Source of the DNA: Reclinomonas americana ATCC 50394
Taxonomy: Eukaryota
Direction of reading: 5' to 3'
Assembly: GCA_048213135.1 (NCBI GenBank)
Contig: PS015009.1
Location: forward strand, 1,736,001-1,800,000
Length of the DNA: 64,000 nt
Shown here: positions 37,314 through 46,855 of the stretch, piece after piece
Layout: each line of letters starts with the position of its first letter
How positions within the stretch are numbered: position 1 is the first letter of the stretch
Program-made: the position numbers and the translations under genes
The notes under the pieces: model-generated
What the model saw: the letters and a program-made list of their open reading frames with translations, nothing else
What the model was told of the DNA's origin: nothing
The model's database searches: none

Positions 37314-37742
37314 ATGCGGCTTATTTTTCTTAATCTTCTTGTCCTTTTTTCTTTTACTGCAGAAGCACAGAGCGTGAGCTATTGCAGCAAAGACGGTAAC
37401 GCAATAAAAGGGTACGACCCCGTTGCCTATTTCCTCGACGGTAAGGCAATACAGGGCGATGAAAGTTTTTCATATGAATGGAGCGGCAGCAGGTGGCTCT
37501 TTACAACACAGGCTCACCTCGACAGTTTTAAACTGGCACCCCGGAAATATGCCCCGCAATATGGCGGATACTGCGCCTATGGTGTAAGTGAGAATCACAA
37601 ATCTCCCACCGATCCGCAGGCATGGACCATCATTGACAATAAATTATACCTGAATTACAGTCCCAAAGTGAAGAACCTGTGGCTGAAAGATACAACCGGC
37701 AGGATACAGCAGGCGAACAGCTACTGGCCCTCACTTCAATAA
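37314..37742 (+). CDS. YHS domain-containing exported protein
   Basis: Signal peptide, AIKGYDPVAYF and PQYGGYCAYG. Confidence 0.88.
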   Translation: MRLIFLNLLVLFSFTAEAQSVSYCSKDGNAIKGYDPVAYFLDGKAIQGDESFSYEWSGSRWLFTTQAHLDSFKLAPRKYAPQYGGYCAYGVSENHKSPTDPQAWTIIDNKLYLNYSPKVKNLWLKDTTGRIQQANSYWPSLQ

Positions 37743-37754
37743 ATCTCAACGCAT

Positions 37755-38222
37755 ATGATCATGAAAAGAATATACCTGGCATTGCTGCTCCTGGCAGGCA
37801 CGGCTATAACGACAGAAGCCCAGCAGGCGATACGTACCCGCCATTTTAATACCGAAAAAGGAATCGCCATCAAAGGATACGATCCTGTAGCTTACTTCAC
37901 CGACAACAAGGCGGTAAAAGGGAATAAACAGTGGGCGGCCATAGCGGAAGGGGTGACCTATTATTTTTCCAGTGCGTCCCATAAAGACCTGTTCCTGAAA
38001 AATTTTTCCCGTTATGAACCACAGTATGGAGGCTGGTGCGCTTACGCTATGGGCGCCAGTGGGGAAAAAGTTGACATTGACCCGGAAACATTCAAGATCA
38101 GGGATGGCAGGCTTTATCTCTTCTACCACAGCTTTTTCAACAATACACTTACCAAATGGAATAAGGATGAAAGCAGGCTGAAGGTTAATGCCGACGCCAG
38201 CTGGACAAATATTTTTCACTAA
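37755..38222 (+). CDS. YHS domain-containing exported protein (paralogue)
   Basis: Signal peptide, AIKGYDPVAYF and PQYGGWCAYA. Confidence 0.88.
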   Translation: MIMKRIYLALLLLAGTAITTEAQQAIRTRHFNTEKGIAIKGYDPVAYFTDNKAVKGNKQWAAIAEGVTYYFSSASHKDLFLKNFSRYEPQYGGWCAYAMGASGEKVDIDPETFKIRDGRLYLFYHSFFNNTLTKWNKDESRLKVNADASWTNIFH

Positions 38223-38241
38223 CCTGTTATTACTAACTATT

Positions 38242-38652
38242 ATGAATATACGCAATATTATTTCCTGGATACTTCGGATAGCTGCAGCGGTTATCCTTTT
38301 GCAAACGCTTTACTTCAAATTTACAGGCCACCCTGAATCCGTGGAGCTGTTCAGTAAGCTGGGCGTGGAGCCCTGGGGCAGAATTGGTACAGGTATCATA
38401 GAACTGGAGGCTGCACTGCTGCTGCTCATCCCGTCAACGGTATTCGCAGGTGCGGTCATGGGAACAGGCCTCATGCTGGGTGCTATCGCGTCGCACCTGC
38501 TGGTGATCGGTATAGTATCAAAAGGAGACGGTGGTCAGTTGTTCATCCTGGCAATCATCGTGCTGGTTTGCTGCCTTATCCTGCTCATATTACACCGTGC
38601 TGCGGGCATTGCCTTGCTCAACCGGTTTACAGGAAAGAAACAATTAAACTGA
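38242..38652 (+). CDS. DoxX family membrane protein
   Basis: LQTLYFKFTG.PES..LF, EPWGRIG.G..E and MLGAI.SHL. Confidence 0.85.
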   Translation: MNIRNIISWILRIAAAVILLQTLYFKFTGHPESVELFSKLGVEPWGRIGTGIIELEAALLLLIPSTVFAGAVMGTGLMLGAIASHLLVIGIVSKGDGGQLFILAIIVLVCCLILLILHRAAGIALLNRFTGKKQLN

Positions 38653-38670
38653 TCAACAATTACTTTTAAC

Positions 38671-39165
38671 ATGATCCATCAGCAGCTAACTCACCAGCTT
38701 GATGATTTATCGGACCTCCTGCACCGGCTTAGCCCGGCCCAGTACAGCCGCAGGATACCTCATCTTGGTGATGCCAGTATAGGCGGACATACAAGACATA
38801 TTATCGAACTCATCCGTTGCCTTACATCCGCCTATGAAAAAGGGGTGATCGATTATCACAACAGGCAACGCAACCTGGAACTGGAGAGCAACAAACAAGC
38901 GGCACTGGAACAGCTGGAAGAGGAAAGAAAAAATCTCGTACGGGGCGACAAGGTTCTGCAACTCAGGCTGGAAACGGGTATTGCCGGAGAAACCATCTCC
39001 ACAACGTTTTTCCGCGAACTTGTTTATCATACCGAACATACCATCCACCATATGGCGCTCATAAAAGTGGCATTGCACGAACAGCAGTTGCAGCTTACCG
39101 GCGAGAACTTTGGTATGGCTTATTCAACAATACAATACCGTGCCCGGCAGGCGGCATCGGTCTGA
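38671..39165 (+). CDS. DinB family protein
   Basis: SIG.H.RHIIE and REL.Y..EH.IHH.ALI. Confidence 0.85.
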   Translation: MIHQQLTHQLDDLSDLLHRLSPAQYSRRIPHLGDASIGGHTRHIIELIRCLTSAYEKGVIDYHNRQRNLELESNKQAALEQLEEERKNLVRGDKVLQLRLETGIAGETISTTFFRELVYHTEHTIHHMALIKVALHEQQLQLTGENFGMAYSTIQYRARQAASV

Positions 39166-39177
39166 AAAAAGATCACC

Positions 39178-39924
39178 ATGTGTACCGTATTATTCATTCC
39201 GCTGGAAAAAAGATGTTGTTTCGTTTCGTTAAGAGACGAAGATCCTTCCCGCTCCAGGGCACTGGAACCTCAGTTGGTAAATAATATGTATGCTGCACCA
39301 ATGGATACGTTGGCTGGTGGTACATGGTGCGGGGCTGACCGGTATGGTAACGTAATCATATTGCTCAACGGAGGTTTTACGGCTCACCGGAAAAAGAGCC
39401 ATTATGCCGGCAGCCGCGGACTGGTAGTGACCCGCCTGCTGGAGAGTGAATTGCCGGTACTGGAGTGGACAATAATGGACCTCGCCGGTACAGAACCCTT
39501 TACACTTGTGGTATGGTCCGGGGGCAGGTTGTATGAATTGGTGTGGGATGGAAAACAGAAACACCGTGCAGGGTATGATCATACCACGCCACACATCTGG
39601 TCATCCTGTACTCTGTATGACGCCGCGGCCAGGCAGCAAAGAAAAACCCGTTTTACACAATGGATGAATACGATGCCGGAGATCAGCTGGCAAATGCTCA
39701 TGCAATTTTTCCGTCATGACAAGGATCAATGGAACGGGTTCATGATCAATCGTGATGGAAAAGTCTGCACACTCAGTTATACCTGTATCAGTCATTATCC
39801 CGGTTTGAAAACAATGCTTCATTATACAGAATTCGATACCGGTAAAGAGGCAGACCTGGAATTGAAGCTGCTTCCCGCAGGAGAATGTTGCCTTCATCAC
39901 CCTGTAGCCCATTACTGCATATGA
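39178..39924 (+). CDS. NRDE/TANGO2 family protein (Ntn-hydrolase-like)
   Basis: N-terminal MCT, SLRDE (NRDE variant), GGTW, LLNGG and SRG. Confidence 0.85.
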   Translation: MCTVLFIPLEKRCCFVSLRDEDPSRSRALEPQLVNNMYAAPMDTLAGGTWCGADRYGNVIILLNGGFTAHRKKSHYAGSRGLVVTRLLESELPVLEWTIMDLAGTEPFTLVVWSGGRLYELVWDGKQKHRAGYDHTTPHIWSSCTLYDAAARQQRKTRFTQWMNTMPEISWQMLMQFFRHDKDQWNGFMINRDGKVCTLSYTCISHYPGLKTMLHYTEFDTGKEADLELKLLPAGECCLHHPVAHYCI

Positions 39925-41024
39925 CTACATCATACCGGCTGAAACGGGCATGGATAAAATTCCGGCACTGGGAATACTGGCCCATGTGGGTGGTATACCT
40001 GCCGGTCAGTTTTTATTATGTCTGCCTTGCTTTAAGGGCCAGGTCATTTTTCTTTTTTTCTGCGGCTAACCCCTCTATAGAAACCGGGGGAATGTTTTTT
40101 GAAAGCAAATGGGATATTTTCAGGCTGATACCACTGCAGTATTACCCCGCTACCCTGCTGGTACACGATCAGGAAAACCGGGGTGATGTTTTCCGCGATA
40201 TACAGGAAAGGAAAATGCGTTTCCCACTGATCGCGAAACCCAACAGGGGGGAAAGAGGCTGGCGTGTGGAGATCATAAAAGATGAAGAAGGATTGCGGCA
40301 GTACCTGCATACGTACCCATGTGATTGCCTGTTGCAGGAGTACATAGACTGGCCCGTGGAGATCAGCGTGTTTTACTGCCGGGGCGTTCACGAAAAAAAA
40401 GGACGGATCACTTCCCTCACCCGGAAGGAGTTCCTGAATGTTACGGGTGACGGAGTTTCATCGCTGGCAGAACTGGTAACCCGCCACGAACGGGCTTTAC
40501 TGCAACTGGATGCTTTACAAAAGAACAAAGAGATCGATCTGCAACGGGTGCCTGCAGAAAATGAAAAAGTGATTCTGGTTCCGTTTGGCAACCATATACG
40601 CGGCGCTATGTTTCTTGATGAATGTAACGAGATTGATGAAAGGCTTTGCCAGGTGTTTGACAATATCAGCAACCAGGTACACGGCTTTTATTACGGCCGG
40701 TTCGACATTAAGTGCGAAAGCCTGGAGGCGCTTAAAAACGGGCACAATTTTTCTATCCTTGAACTGAATGGCGCGGGTGCTGAACCAGCTCATATTTACC
40801 AGCCCGGGTTTTCGTTTTTTCGGGCGCAGCGAGTGCTGGCGCAGCATTACCGTAGTATGTTTGATATCGCCAGGGCGAATCACAGGGAAGGGGTTCCTTA
40901 TATGAGTTTCCGGGAATTCCGTGAAGTAAGGGCCGCCGAAAAAAAATATAAATTGTCAGTCAATACAGCCCATTCCTCATTTATTTCTTATCCGACAACG
41001 CGGCGAGCAACACCAGCGTGGTGA
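39921..41024 (+). CDS. ATP-grasp protein, D-Ala-D-Ala-ligase-like
   Basis: FPLIAKP..GERG, LLQEYI, GNH.RGA, GRFDI and ILELNG...EP.HIY. Confidence 0.8.
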   Translation: MTTSYRLKRAWIKFRHWEYWPMWVVYLPVSFYYVCLALRARSFFFFSAANPSIETGGMFFESKWDIFRLIPLQYYPATLLVHDQENRGDVFRDIQERKMRFPLIAKPNRGERGWRVEIIKDEEGLRQYLHTYPCDCLLQEYIDWPVEISVFYCRGVHEKKGRITSLTRKEFLNVTGDGVSSLAELVTRHERALLQLDALQKNKEIDLQRVPAENEKVILVPFGNHIRGAMFLDECNEIDERLCQVFDNISNQVHGFYYGRFDIKCESLEALKNGHNFSILELNGAGAEPAHIYQPGFSFFRAQRVLAQHYRSMFDIARANHREGVPYMSFREFREVRAAEKKYKLSVNTAHSSFISYPTTRRATPAW

Positions 41025-41251
41025 TGTATTTTCCTTTTGTGTAGTACATGATTTTATGTTTTTAATGGTTATACTTTCAATTTGACGCCGCAAATTTCCA
41101 TCGTATTCATTTTTTATCCAACCGCATCCTGACTGAATTGTAGCTTTTGTATGATCAACTGTACACAGACACATTTGATGCAGCTTTCTTCCCGGTTCAT
41201 GCAGGAATAGCTGTTTTACCGCAGGAGTCGTTACTAGCTTCGGAAAAAAAG

Positions 41252-41959
41252 ATGTCTTCACCGATCATTGCACCGGCGCAAAAAAGAACCTCCCGGTTAA
41301 TAGCGCTACTCATCATTATTGTTGTTGCTGTTTACCCGTTTTTAAGGCTGGTAAAATTTCCTTTCAACCTGCCGTTGCCGGCACTTGCGGGATTGCTGGC
41401 CGTGTATATGCAGGACAGGACCATTGCCCACGCCGGTTTCCGCTCTTCCCTGTCATTGACAAAAGTGCTTAAATGGGTGGTAGTTACCTTCTTCATTATT
41501 GAACTGCTTTTTGACCTGCTGCTGCAACCGCTTGTGAACGCGGTCTTTATCGAACCGGCAGATTACTCCGCTTTTTCCTTCCTGGAGGGGAATACACCCA
41601 AATACCTGCGCTACCTCCTGTATACCTGGCTGAGTGCGGCTATCGCGGAGGAAGTGATCTACCGTGGTATACTTATTTACGCCGGAGAAAAATTGTTTAG
41701 TAAAACCTGGGCAGCAGTCGTACTGTCTTCGCTGGTGTTTGCTTCAGGGCATATTTACCAGGGATGGAGCGGCACTGCACTTACTTTCCTGTGGGGACTG
41801 GTATTCAGCGGGATTTACCTGCGATGCGGACGGAATATCATGGTGGTTATACTGGTGCATGGTTTGGTCGACAGTCTTTTTCTTACCCTGGCCTATACAG
41901 GCAGGCTCGATTATTATGTCTCTCCCTTGTCGTACCTGTACCACCTGGTTGCAGGTTAG
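41252..41959 (+). CDS. CPBP (Abi/CAAX) family intramembrane metalloprotease
   Basis: EEVIYRG, FASGH.YQG and H...D motifs. Confidence 0.9.
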   Translation: MSSPIIAPAQKRTSRLIALLIIIVVAVYPFLRLVKFPFNLPLPALAGLLAVYMQDRTIAHAGFRSSLSLTKVLKWVVVTFFIIELLFDLLLQPLVNAVFIEPADYSAFSFLEGNTPKYLRYLLYTWLSAAIAEEVIYRGILIYAGEKLFSKTWAAVVLSSLVFASGHIYQGWSGTALTFLWGLVFSGIYLRCGRNIMVVILVHGLVDSLFLTLAYTGRLDYYVSPLSYLYHLVAG

Positions 41960-42073
41960 CAGGAAGGATACACTTCATCCGCCAAATGATACGGTTCATG
42001 CACGATGCGATTGTACCCCGCCATCATCCCGTATACCTTGCATACAATTTACAACACCATAATAAGTATAGCC

Positions 42074-42661
42074 ATGCGTAAAACAATTGTAATTATTTCA
42101 GCCCTTTTTGCCTCGCTGCTGCTGGCAGAAGCCTGCAGCAACAATAACGGCACCAGCACAGCCGGTAACAAGGGGCTTGATTCTTCCGCCCTGGTAAAAA
42201 GAGGCGAGTACCTGGTCAATTCCATCGGTTGCGACGACTGTCATTCTCCCAAACGTATGGGCGAGCACGGTCCGGAAATTATCCCGGAACTGCGTTTTTC
42301 GGGTTTCCCGTCTAAAGGCACCGTACCGCCGATCGATACCAACGTAGTAAAAAATGGATGGGCATTGTTCGCTCCCGATCTTACCAGCGCTGTTGGCCAG
42401 TGGGGACAATCCTTCGCGGCCAATATCACGAGCGATGCAACGGGTATTGGCAACTGGCCTGAAGAAAATTTTATCCGTGCCATACGTAAAGGCAAGTTCA
42501 AGGGACTTGAAGGTAGCCGTGATCTCTTACCGCCGATGCCATGGTTCGCGTATAAGAATATGAATGACGAGGATCTGCGTTCGATCTACTATTACCTCAA
42601 AACAACGAAACCCGTAGAGAACGTTGTTCCCGCGCCGAAAGGGCCCGCGGACCTGAAATAG
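42074..42661 (+). CDS. c-type cytochrome lipoprotein
   Basis: AEAC lipobox, RGEYLV...CDDCH, ANIT...GIG.W and PPMPW. Confidence 0.88.
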   Translation: MRKTIVIISALFASLLLAEACSNNNGTSTAGNKGLDSSALVKRGEYLVNSIGCDDCHSPKRMGEHGPEIIPELRFSGFPSKGTVPPIDTNVVKNGWALFAPDLTSAVGQWGQSFAANITSDATGIGNWPEENFIRAIRKGKFKGLEGSRDLLPPMPWFAYKNMNDEDLRSIYYYLKTTKPVENVVPAPKGPADLK

Positions 42662-42790
42662 TAAAGAGGTGAAAGAACAAAATCCGATATCGGCAGCAGG
42701 AACCAGCCAATGGTACTGGATACAACTTCGGGTACTGTTCAGGTTACACGACCTGTATAAGAAAAACCTTTTTTTGAAAAAGTAACAGCC

Positions 42791-43717
42791 ATGAATAACA
42801 AGCCAATTATTTTAGTGACCGGCGCTACAGGCGCCCAGGGAGGCAGCGTAGCCCGGTCACTTCTTTCATCCGGACAATTTGCCGTTCGCATCCTTACCCG
42901 TAACGCTTCATCGCCCAAAGCAGCAGAACTGCAGCAGGTGGGAGCAGAAGTGGTGGAAGGAGATATGGATAACAAAGACAGTCTCATTAAAGCCATGCAG
43001 GGCTGCTACGGTGTTTTTGGTGTCACCAATTTCTGGGAACATTATGAAAAGGAATACCAGCAGGGAAAGAACCTTATTGAGGCGGTAAAGGAAAGTAATA
43101 TCAGCCACTTTGTGCTGCACACATTACCCGATTATAAAGCACTGAGCCAGGGAAAATACGCCGTTCCGCATTGCGATATCAAAGCCGAACTGGAAAGGTA
43201 TTGCCGGCAGCTCGGGCTGAAAGCCACTTTTGTACAGATCGCATTTTACTACGAGAATTTCCTCAACTTTTTCCCGTTACAGGACGCCGGTAACGGAACC
43301 TGGACTTTTGGTTTCCCGCAGGGTGATACCCCGCTGGCAATGGCGGCCGCAGAAGATATGGGACCTGTAGTGCGTATGATATTTGAACACCCGGAAGCCT
43401 ATATGAACAGGGTGGTGGGTGTAGTAGGGGCGCATGATACCTGTACCGCTTACGCGGAAACGATGAGCCGGGTATTAGGCAAAAACATAGCGTACCGGTA
43501 CATACCCCGCGATGAATATGTGACTTACGGATTTCCCGGGGCAGAAGAAATCGCCAATATGTTCGAAGTGCAAAGATTGCATATCCCCGACCGCGGAATT
43601 GACCTGATAGAAAGCTATGGATTATATCCTGCCATGCAAACATTTGCCCAATGGCTGGAACGCAATAAAACAAAATTTGAGCGGGTATTTAACCCGGAAG
43701 CTGCGTTGTTAGTTTGA
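42791..43717 (+). CDS. NmrA/HSCARG family NAD(P)-binding protein
   Basis: VTGATGAQGGSV, GVFGVTNFW and VPH.D.K. Confidence 0.92.
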   Translation: MNNKPIILVTGATGAQGGSVARSLLSSGQFAVRILTRNASSPKAAELQQVGAEVVEGDMDNKDSLIKAMQGCYGVFGVTNFWEHYEKEYQQGKNLIEAVKESNISHFVLHTLPDYKALSQGKYAVPHCDIKAELERYCRQLGLKATFVQIAFYYENFLNFFPLQDAGNGTWTFGFPQGDTPLAMAAAEDMGPVVRMIFEHPEAYMNRVVGVVGAHDTCTAYAETMSRVLGKNIAYRYIPRDEYVTYGFPGAEEIANMFEVQRLHIPDRGIDLIESYGLYPAMQTFAQWLERNKTKFERVFNPEAALLV

Positions 43718-43781
43718 TTGAACCAATAAGCCTGTATGCCCTGCCCCATGGCGGGGCATCAGGTTCTATTGTCAGACCATA

Positions 43782-43831
43782 CAATTCATTCCTGCTTTTC
43801 CTCAATTCATACCCGTACGGCCCCAATTCAT
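43782..43831 (+). promoter_or_regulatory. LytTR-type direct repeat array
   Basis: CAATTCAT at 43782, 43803 and 43824, an exact 21-bp period. Confidence 0.75.
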
Positions 43832-43880
43832 TCCCGGCCGGCAGGGCGAATGCTAAAAAGATGGTATTTTGTATAAGGTT

Positions 43881-44942
43881 ATGACAATAAGGTTGCCCCG
43901 ATATACCACCAAGGATTATTTTGTACTGGCTATCATACTGTTGCCTTACACCCTCATTATCAATACCCTCATTTTTGGTTCGTCGTATTATACAGATTGG
44001 GGCCGGTTTGGGCTGGCCACACTGGGTACGGCAATCTTCTTTGCCGGGTATTTCACTTTATGCGGCAGCATTGCCGTACGGATGAAAGAACGTTTCCCGG
44101 CGCAATCGCAAACAGCGCAGCGGCTGGGGTTCATGATCCTTATCTTCCTCATCACTACCGGCCTGGCACTCCTGCTCCTGTTCAGGGTATATGAATCCAT
44201 CCCCTTTTTTGAAGCGCCTTTTAAAGACGATAATTTTATATGGGCCTATTTCGGGCTGGGTATCGGTAACATCTTTCTTACTTTCCTGCATGAAGGCATT
44301 GCCCGATATGAAAGCTGGAAGGTGAACCAGGAAGAGAACGAACAGTTAAGGCAGAACTACCGCCAGGGCAGGCTGCAGGGACTTAAAAGCCAGGTAAACC
44401 CGCACTTTTTGTTCAACAGCCTCAATTGCCTGTCGAGCCTTATCAACGAGAATGAAGAAAAGGCGGAAACCTTTCTCAACGAAATGAGTAAAGTGTACCG
44501 CTATATGCTCCGTAATGAAGAAGACCCGATGGTGACCCTGGAAACGGAAATGAAATTCATTCATTCCTATATCTACCTGCTTACCTCCCGGTATGGCGCG
44601 GGCCTTCAATTCACGATCGATGTAAAAGACGGCGACCATAATAAATTCCTGCCGCCCCTTTCGCTGCAGATCATCATCGAAAATGCCATTACACAGAACG
44701 TTGTGAGTAAAGACCGTCCGCTGGCCATAGAAATATGGAGCGGGGATGACGACCAGGTGGTGATAACCAATAACCTGCAGCCCCGTATGCAGATTGAGTT
44801 GTATGATGCCGAGCAGGGACTGGATAACCTGGTGAACCGTTATGAACTCCTTAACCGCCGCCGTGTGGTTATTCGCGACGGCAATAAGGAAAGAAAAGTA
44901 TTTGTTCCGCTGCTGGAAAAAAAGGAGGGAGAGAAGGGATGA
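43881..44942 (+). CDS. LytS/YehU-type membrane histidine kinase
   Basis: Four TM helices, LKSQVNPHFLFNSLN and ENAI. Confidence 0.9.
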   Translation: MTIRLPRYTTKDYFVLAIILLPYTLIINTLIFGSSYYTDWGRFGLATLGTAIFFAGYFTLCGSIAVRMKERFPAQSQTAQRLGFMILIFLITTGLALLLLFRVYESIPFFEAPFKDDNFIWAYFGLGIGNIFLTFLHEGIARYESWKVNQEENEQLRQNYRQGRLQGLKSQVNPHFLFNSLNCLSSLINENEEKAETFLNEMSKVYRYMLRNEEDPMVTLETEMKFIHSYIYLLTSRYGAGLQFTIDVKDGDHNKFLPPLSLQIIIENAITQNVVSKDRPLAIEIWSGDDDQVVITNNLQPRMQIELYDAEQGLDNLVNRYELLNRRRVVIRDGNKERKVFVPLLEKKEGEKG

Positions 44943-46021
44943 AGCTGATCCGACCTCCCCGCCTGGAAGTGTTTTCCTTCCTGTTCTCCATGCCGCTTAT
45001 AGCCGTGGTGTTCAATCTTATCCTGTACAAGGAAAGGTTCTGGACCGACGCCAGGATATGGTACATTTCATATCCCCTGCTGTTCCTCTTCGGTGTGCTG
45101 TCGTGGTATTCACATGTGTTATATGATGACGCCATGGAAAAAAAATACCCCGGCCTTAAACAAACGGGCAAACGTTTATTCCACAAAGGGATGGTGTTAT
45201 TCCTGCTGATGTCGCCCAGCGTGGGGTTAATATTTTTGTGTTACGATCTTTTTCATATCCTGGGTTATGTGTTTGTATGGACCGACCTGTTCAAGGGCCT
45301 TTTCATCGGGCTTTGTGTGAACCTTGTTTTTGAAACACTGTACGAAGGTGATTATGTGTTGATGCGTTACAAAGAAAGCATGGAAGAGAACCGCAGTCTG
45401 CAGCAGTTGTCGTTGCAGGATGAATTTGATACCCTGCGCAACCAGGTAAACCCTCACTTCCTGTTCAACTGTTTCAATACACTTTCTTCACTCATTACCG
45501 TAGACAAACCCCGGGCCGAAGTATTCCTGGATGAACTGAGTAAAGTATACCGTTACCTGCTGCGCAATAACCAGGACGGGCTGAGTACGGTGGAAAGTGA
45601 GGTCAGGTTCATTGAATCCTATTACCGCCTGTTGCGCACCCGTCATGGTGAGGCCGTAGTACTCAATACCGAGATCGACAAACGTTATGGTCCCTACCTG
45701 CTGCCCTCGCTTACCTTGCAGCTGCTGGTAGAAAACGTGGTAAAGCATAATGTGCTGTCGAAGAACAAACCACTGGTGATTGATATCTTTACAGCCGCGG
45801 GTAACAAACTCATTGTGACCAATAACCTGCAACGCAGATCGCAGAAGGCACCCAGCAATAAAGTGGGACTCGACAACATCAGGGCCAAATACGACCTGTT
45901 GGGACAGGGCAATATACAGGTGATGGAAGACGACAAGAATTTTACCGTGGTGCTGCCCCTCATCTGGAGCAATGGCAATGAAAACCGCAACCTTGTTAAC
46001 CAGGAACCTAAAACCAACTGA
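44939..46021 (+). CDS. LytS/YehU-type membrane histidine kinase (second copy)
   Basis: Four TM helices, QVNPHFLFNCFN, ENVVKHN and VGLDNI. Confidence 0.9.
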   Translation: MKLIRPPRLEVFSFLFSMPLIAVVFNLILYKERFWTDARIWYISYPLLFLFGVLSWYSHVLYDDAMEKKYPGLKQTGKRLFHKGMVLFLLMSPSVGLIFLCYDLFHILGYVFVWTDLFKGLFIGLCVNLVFETLYEGDYVLMRYKESMEENRSLQQLSLQDEFDTLRNQVNPHFLFNCFNTLSSLITVDKPRAEVFLDELSKVYRYLLRNNQDGLSTVESEVRFIESYYRLLRTRHGEAVVLNTEIDKRYGPYLLPSLTLQLLVENVVKHNVLSKNKPLVIDIFTAAGNKLIVTNNLQRRSQKAPSNKVGLDNIRAKYDLLGQGNIQVMEDDKNFTVVLPLIWSNGNENRNLVNQEPKTN

Positions 46022-46022
46022 T

Positions 46023-46784
46023 ATGAAGATCCTTATTGTTGAAGACGAAGAACTGGCAGCAAAAAAACTGCAGAAAACCCTCCTCTCCATTGACCCCGAG
46101 GCAGAGGTTGCCGGTATTACGGAAAGTATCAAAAGTACCGTGGAATGGCTGGAAGACAACCCGGCGCCCGACCTGGTATTGATGGATATTGAACTGGCCG
46201 ATGGACAGAGCTTCGAGATATTTAACATGACGCAGGTAAAGAGCCCGGTGATCTTCACCACCTCTTATGACGAGTTCGCATTGAAAGCGTTCAAAGTAAA
46301 CAGCGTGGATTACCTGCTCAAACCCATTCAGAAAGATGAACTGCAGGCGGCACTGGATAAATTCAGGAAGATGAAGGAAGATAAGGCCGGTGTAAACCTT
46401 GACTCGCTGGTGAAGGAGCTGCAGCTTAAGTTACAACCGAAGGAATACAGGAAACGCTTCCTGGTTAAACATGCGCAGAAACTGGTGAGCATTGAAGTGG
46501 AGGAAATCTCTTATTTCTACAGCGACGGCCGCCTGAACTTCTTCAAAACAAACGACAACAAAAAATTTGTAGTGGATTATACCATGGATGAACTGGAAGA
46601 TATGCTTGACCCGGATAAATACTTCCGCATCAGCCGTTCTTTTTATGTGTCCATTGTTAGTATCGATAAGATCGATGATTATTTCGGTAACCGCCTTATC
46701 CTCGGGCTTAAACCAGCGGTGGAAAAAGAAGCCCTGGTGAGCCGGGAAAAAGTGACGGAGTTTAAAAAATGGATGGGGAAATAA
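46023..46784 (+). CDS. LytR/AlgR family response regulator
   Basis: IVEDE, MDIEL, DYLLKP and LytTR motif FRISRSF.V. Confidence 0.93.
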   Translation: MKILIVEDEELAAKKLQKTLLSIDPEAEVAGITESIKSTVEWLEDNPAPDLVLMDIELADGQSFEIFNMTQVKSPVIFTTSYDEFALKAFKVNSVDYLLKPIQKDELQAALDKFRKMKEDKAGVNLDSLVKELQLKLQPKEYRKRFLVKHAQKLVSIEVEEISYFYSDGRLNFFKTNDNKKFVVDYTMDELEDMLDPDKYFRISRSFYVSIVSIDKIDDYFGNRLILGLKPAVEKEALVSREKVTEFKKWMGK

Positions 46785-46855
46785 TGTGACGATGAGATGA
46801 TTTGAGAATATGATAATTAGGTTATCAACGGGGAATAATTCATTTTCCGGCAGAA

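Noticed and set aside
37314-38222. Selenoprotein recoding in the YHS genes
   Set aside because: Both encode Cys (TGC) at the GG(Y/W)C site, and there is no in-frame TGA.
42074-42661. Multiheme cytochrome
   Set aside because: Only one CxxCH motif is present.
43782-43831. Periodic repeats as a CRISPR array (also 31559-31600)
   Set aside because: Units are only 8-20 bp with 2-13-bp gaps and no cas genes are present. The 43782 repeats fit regulator boxes and the 31559 repeat fits a tandem duplication.
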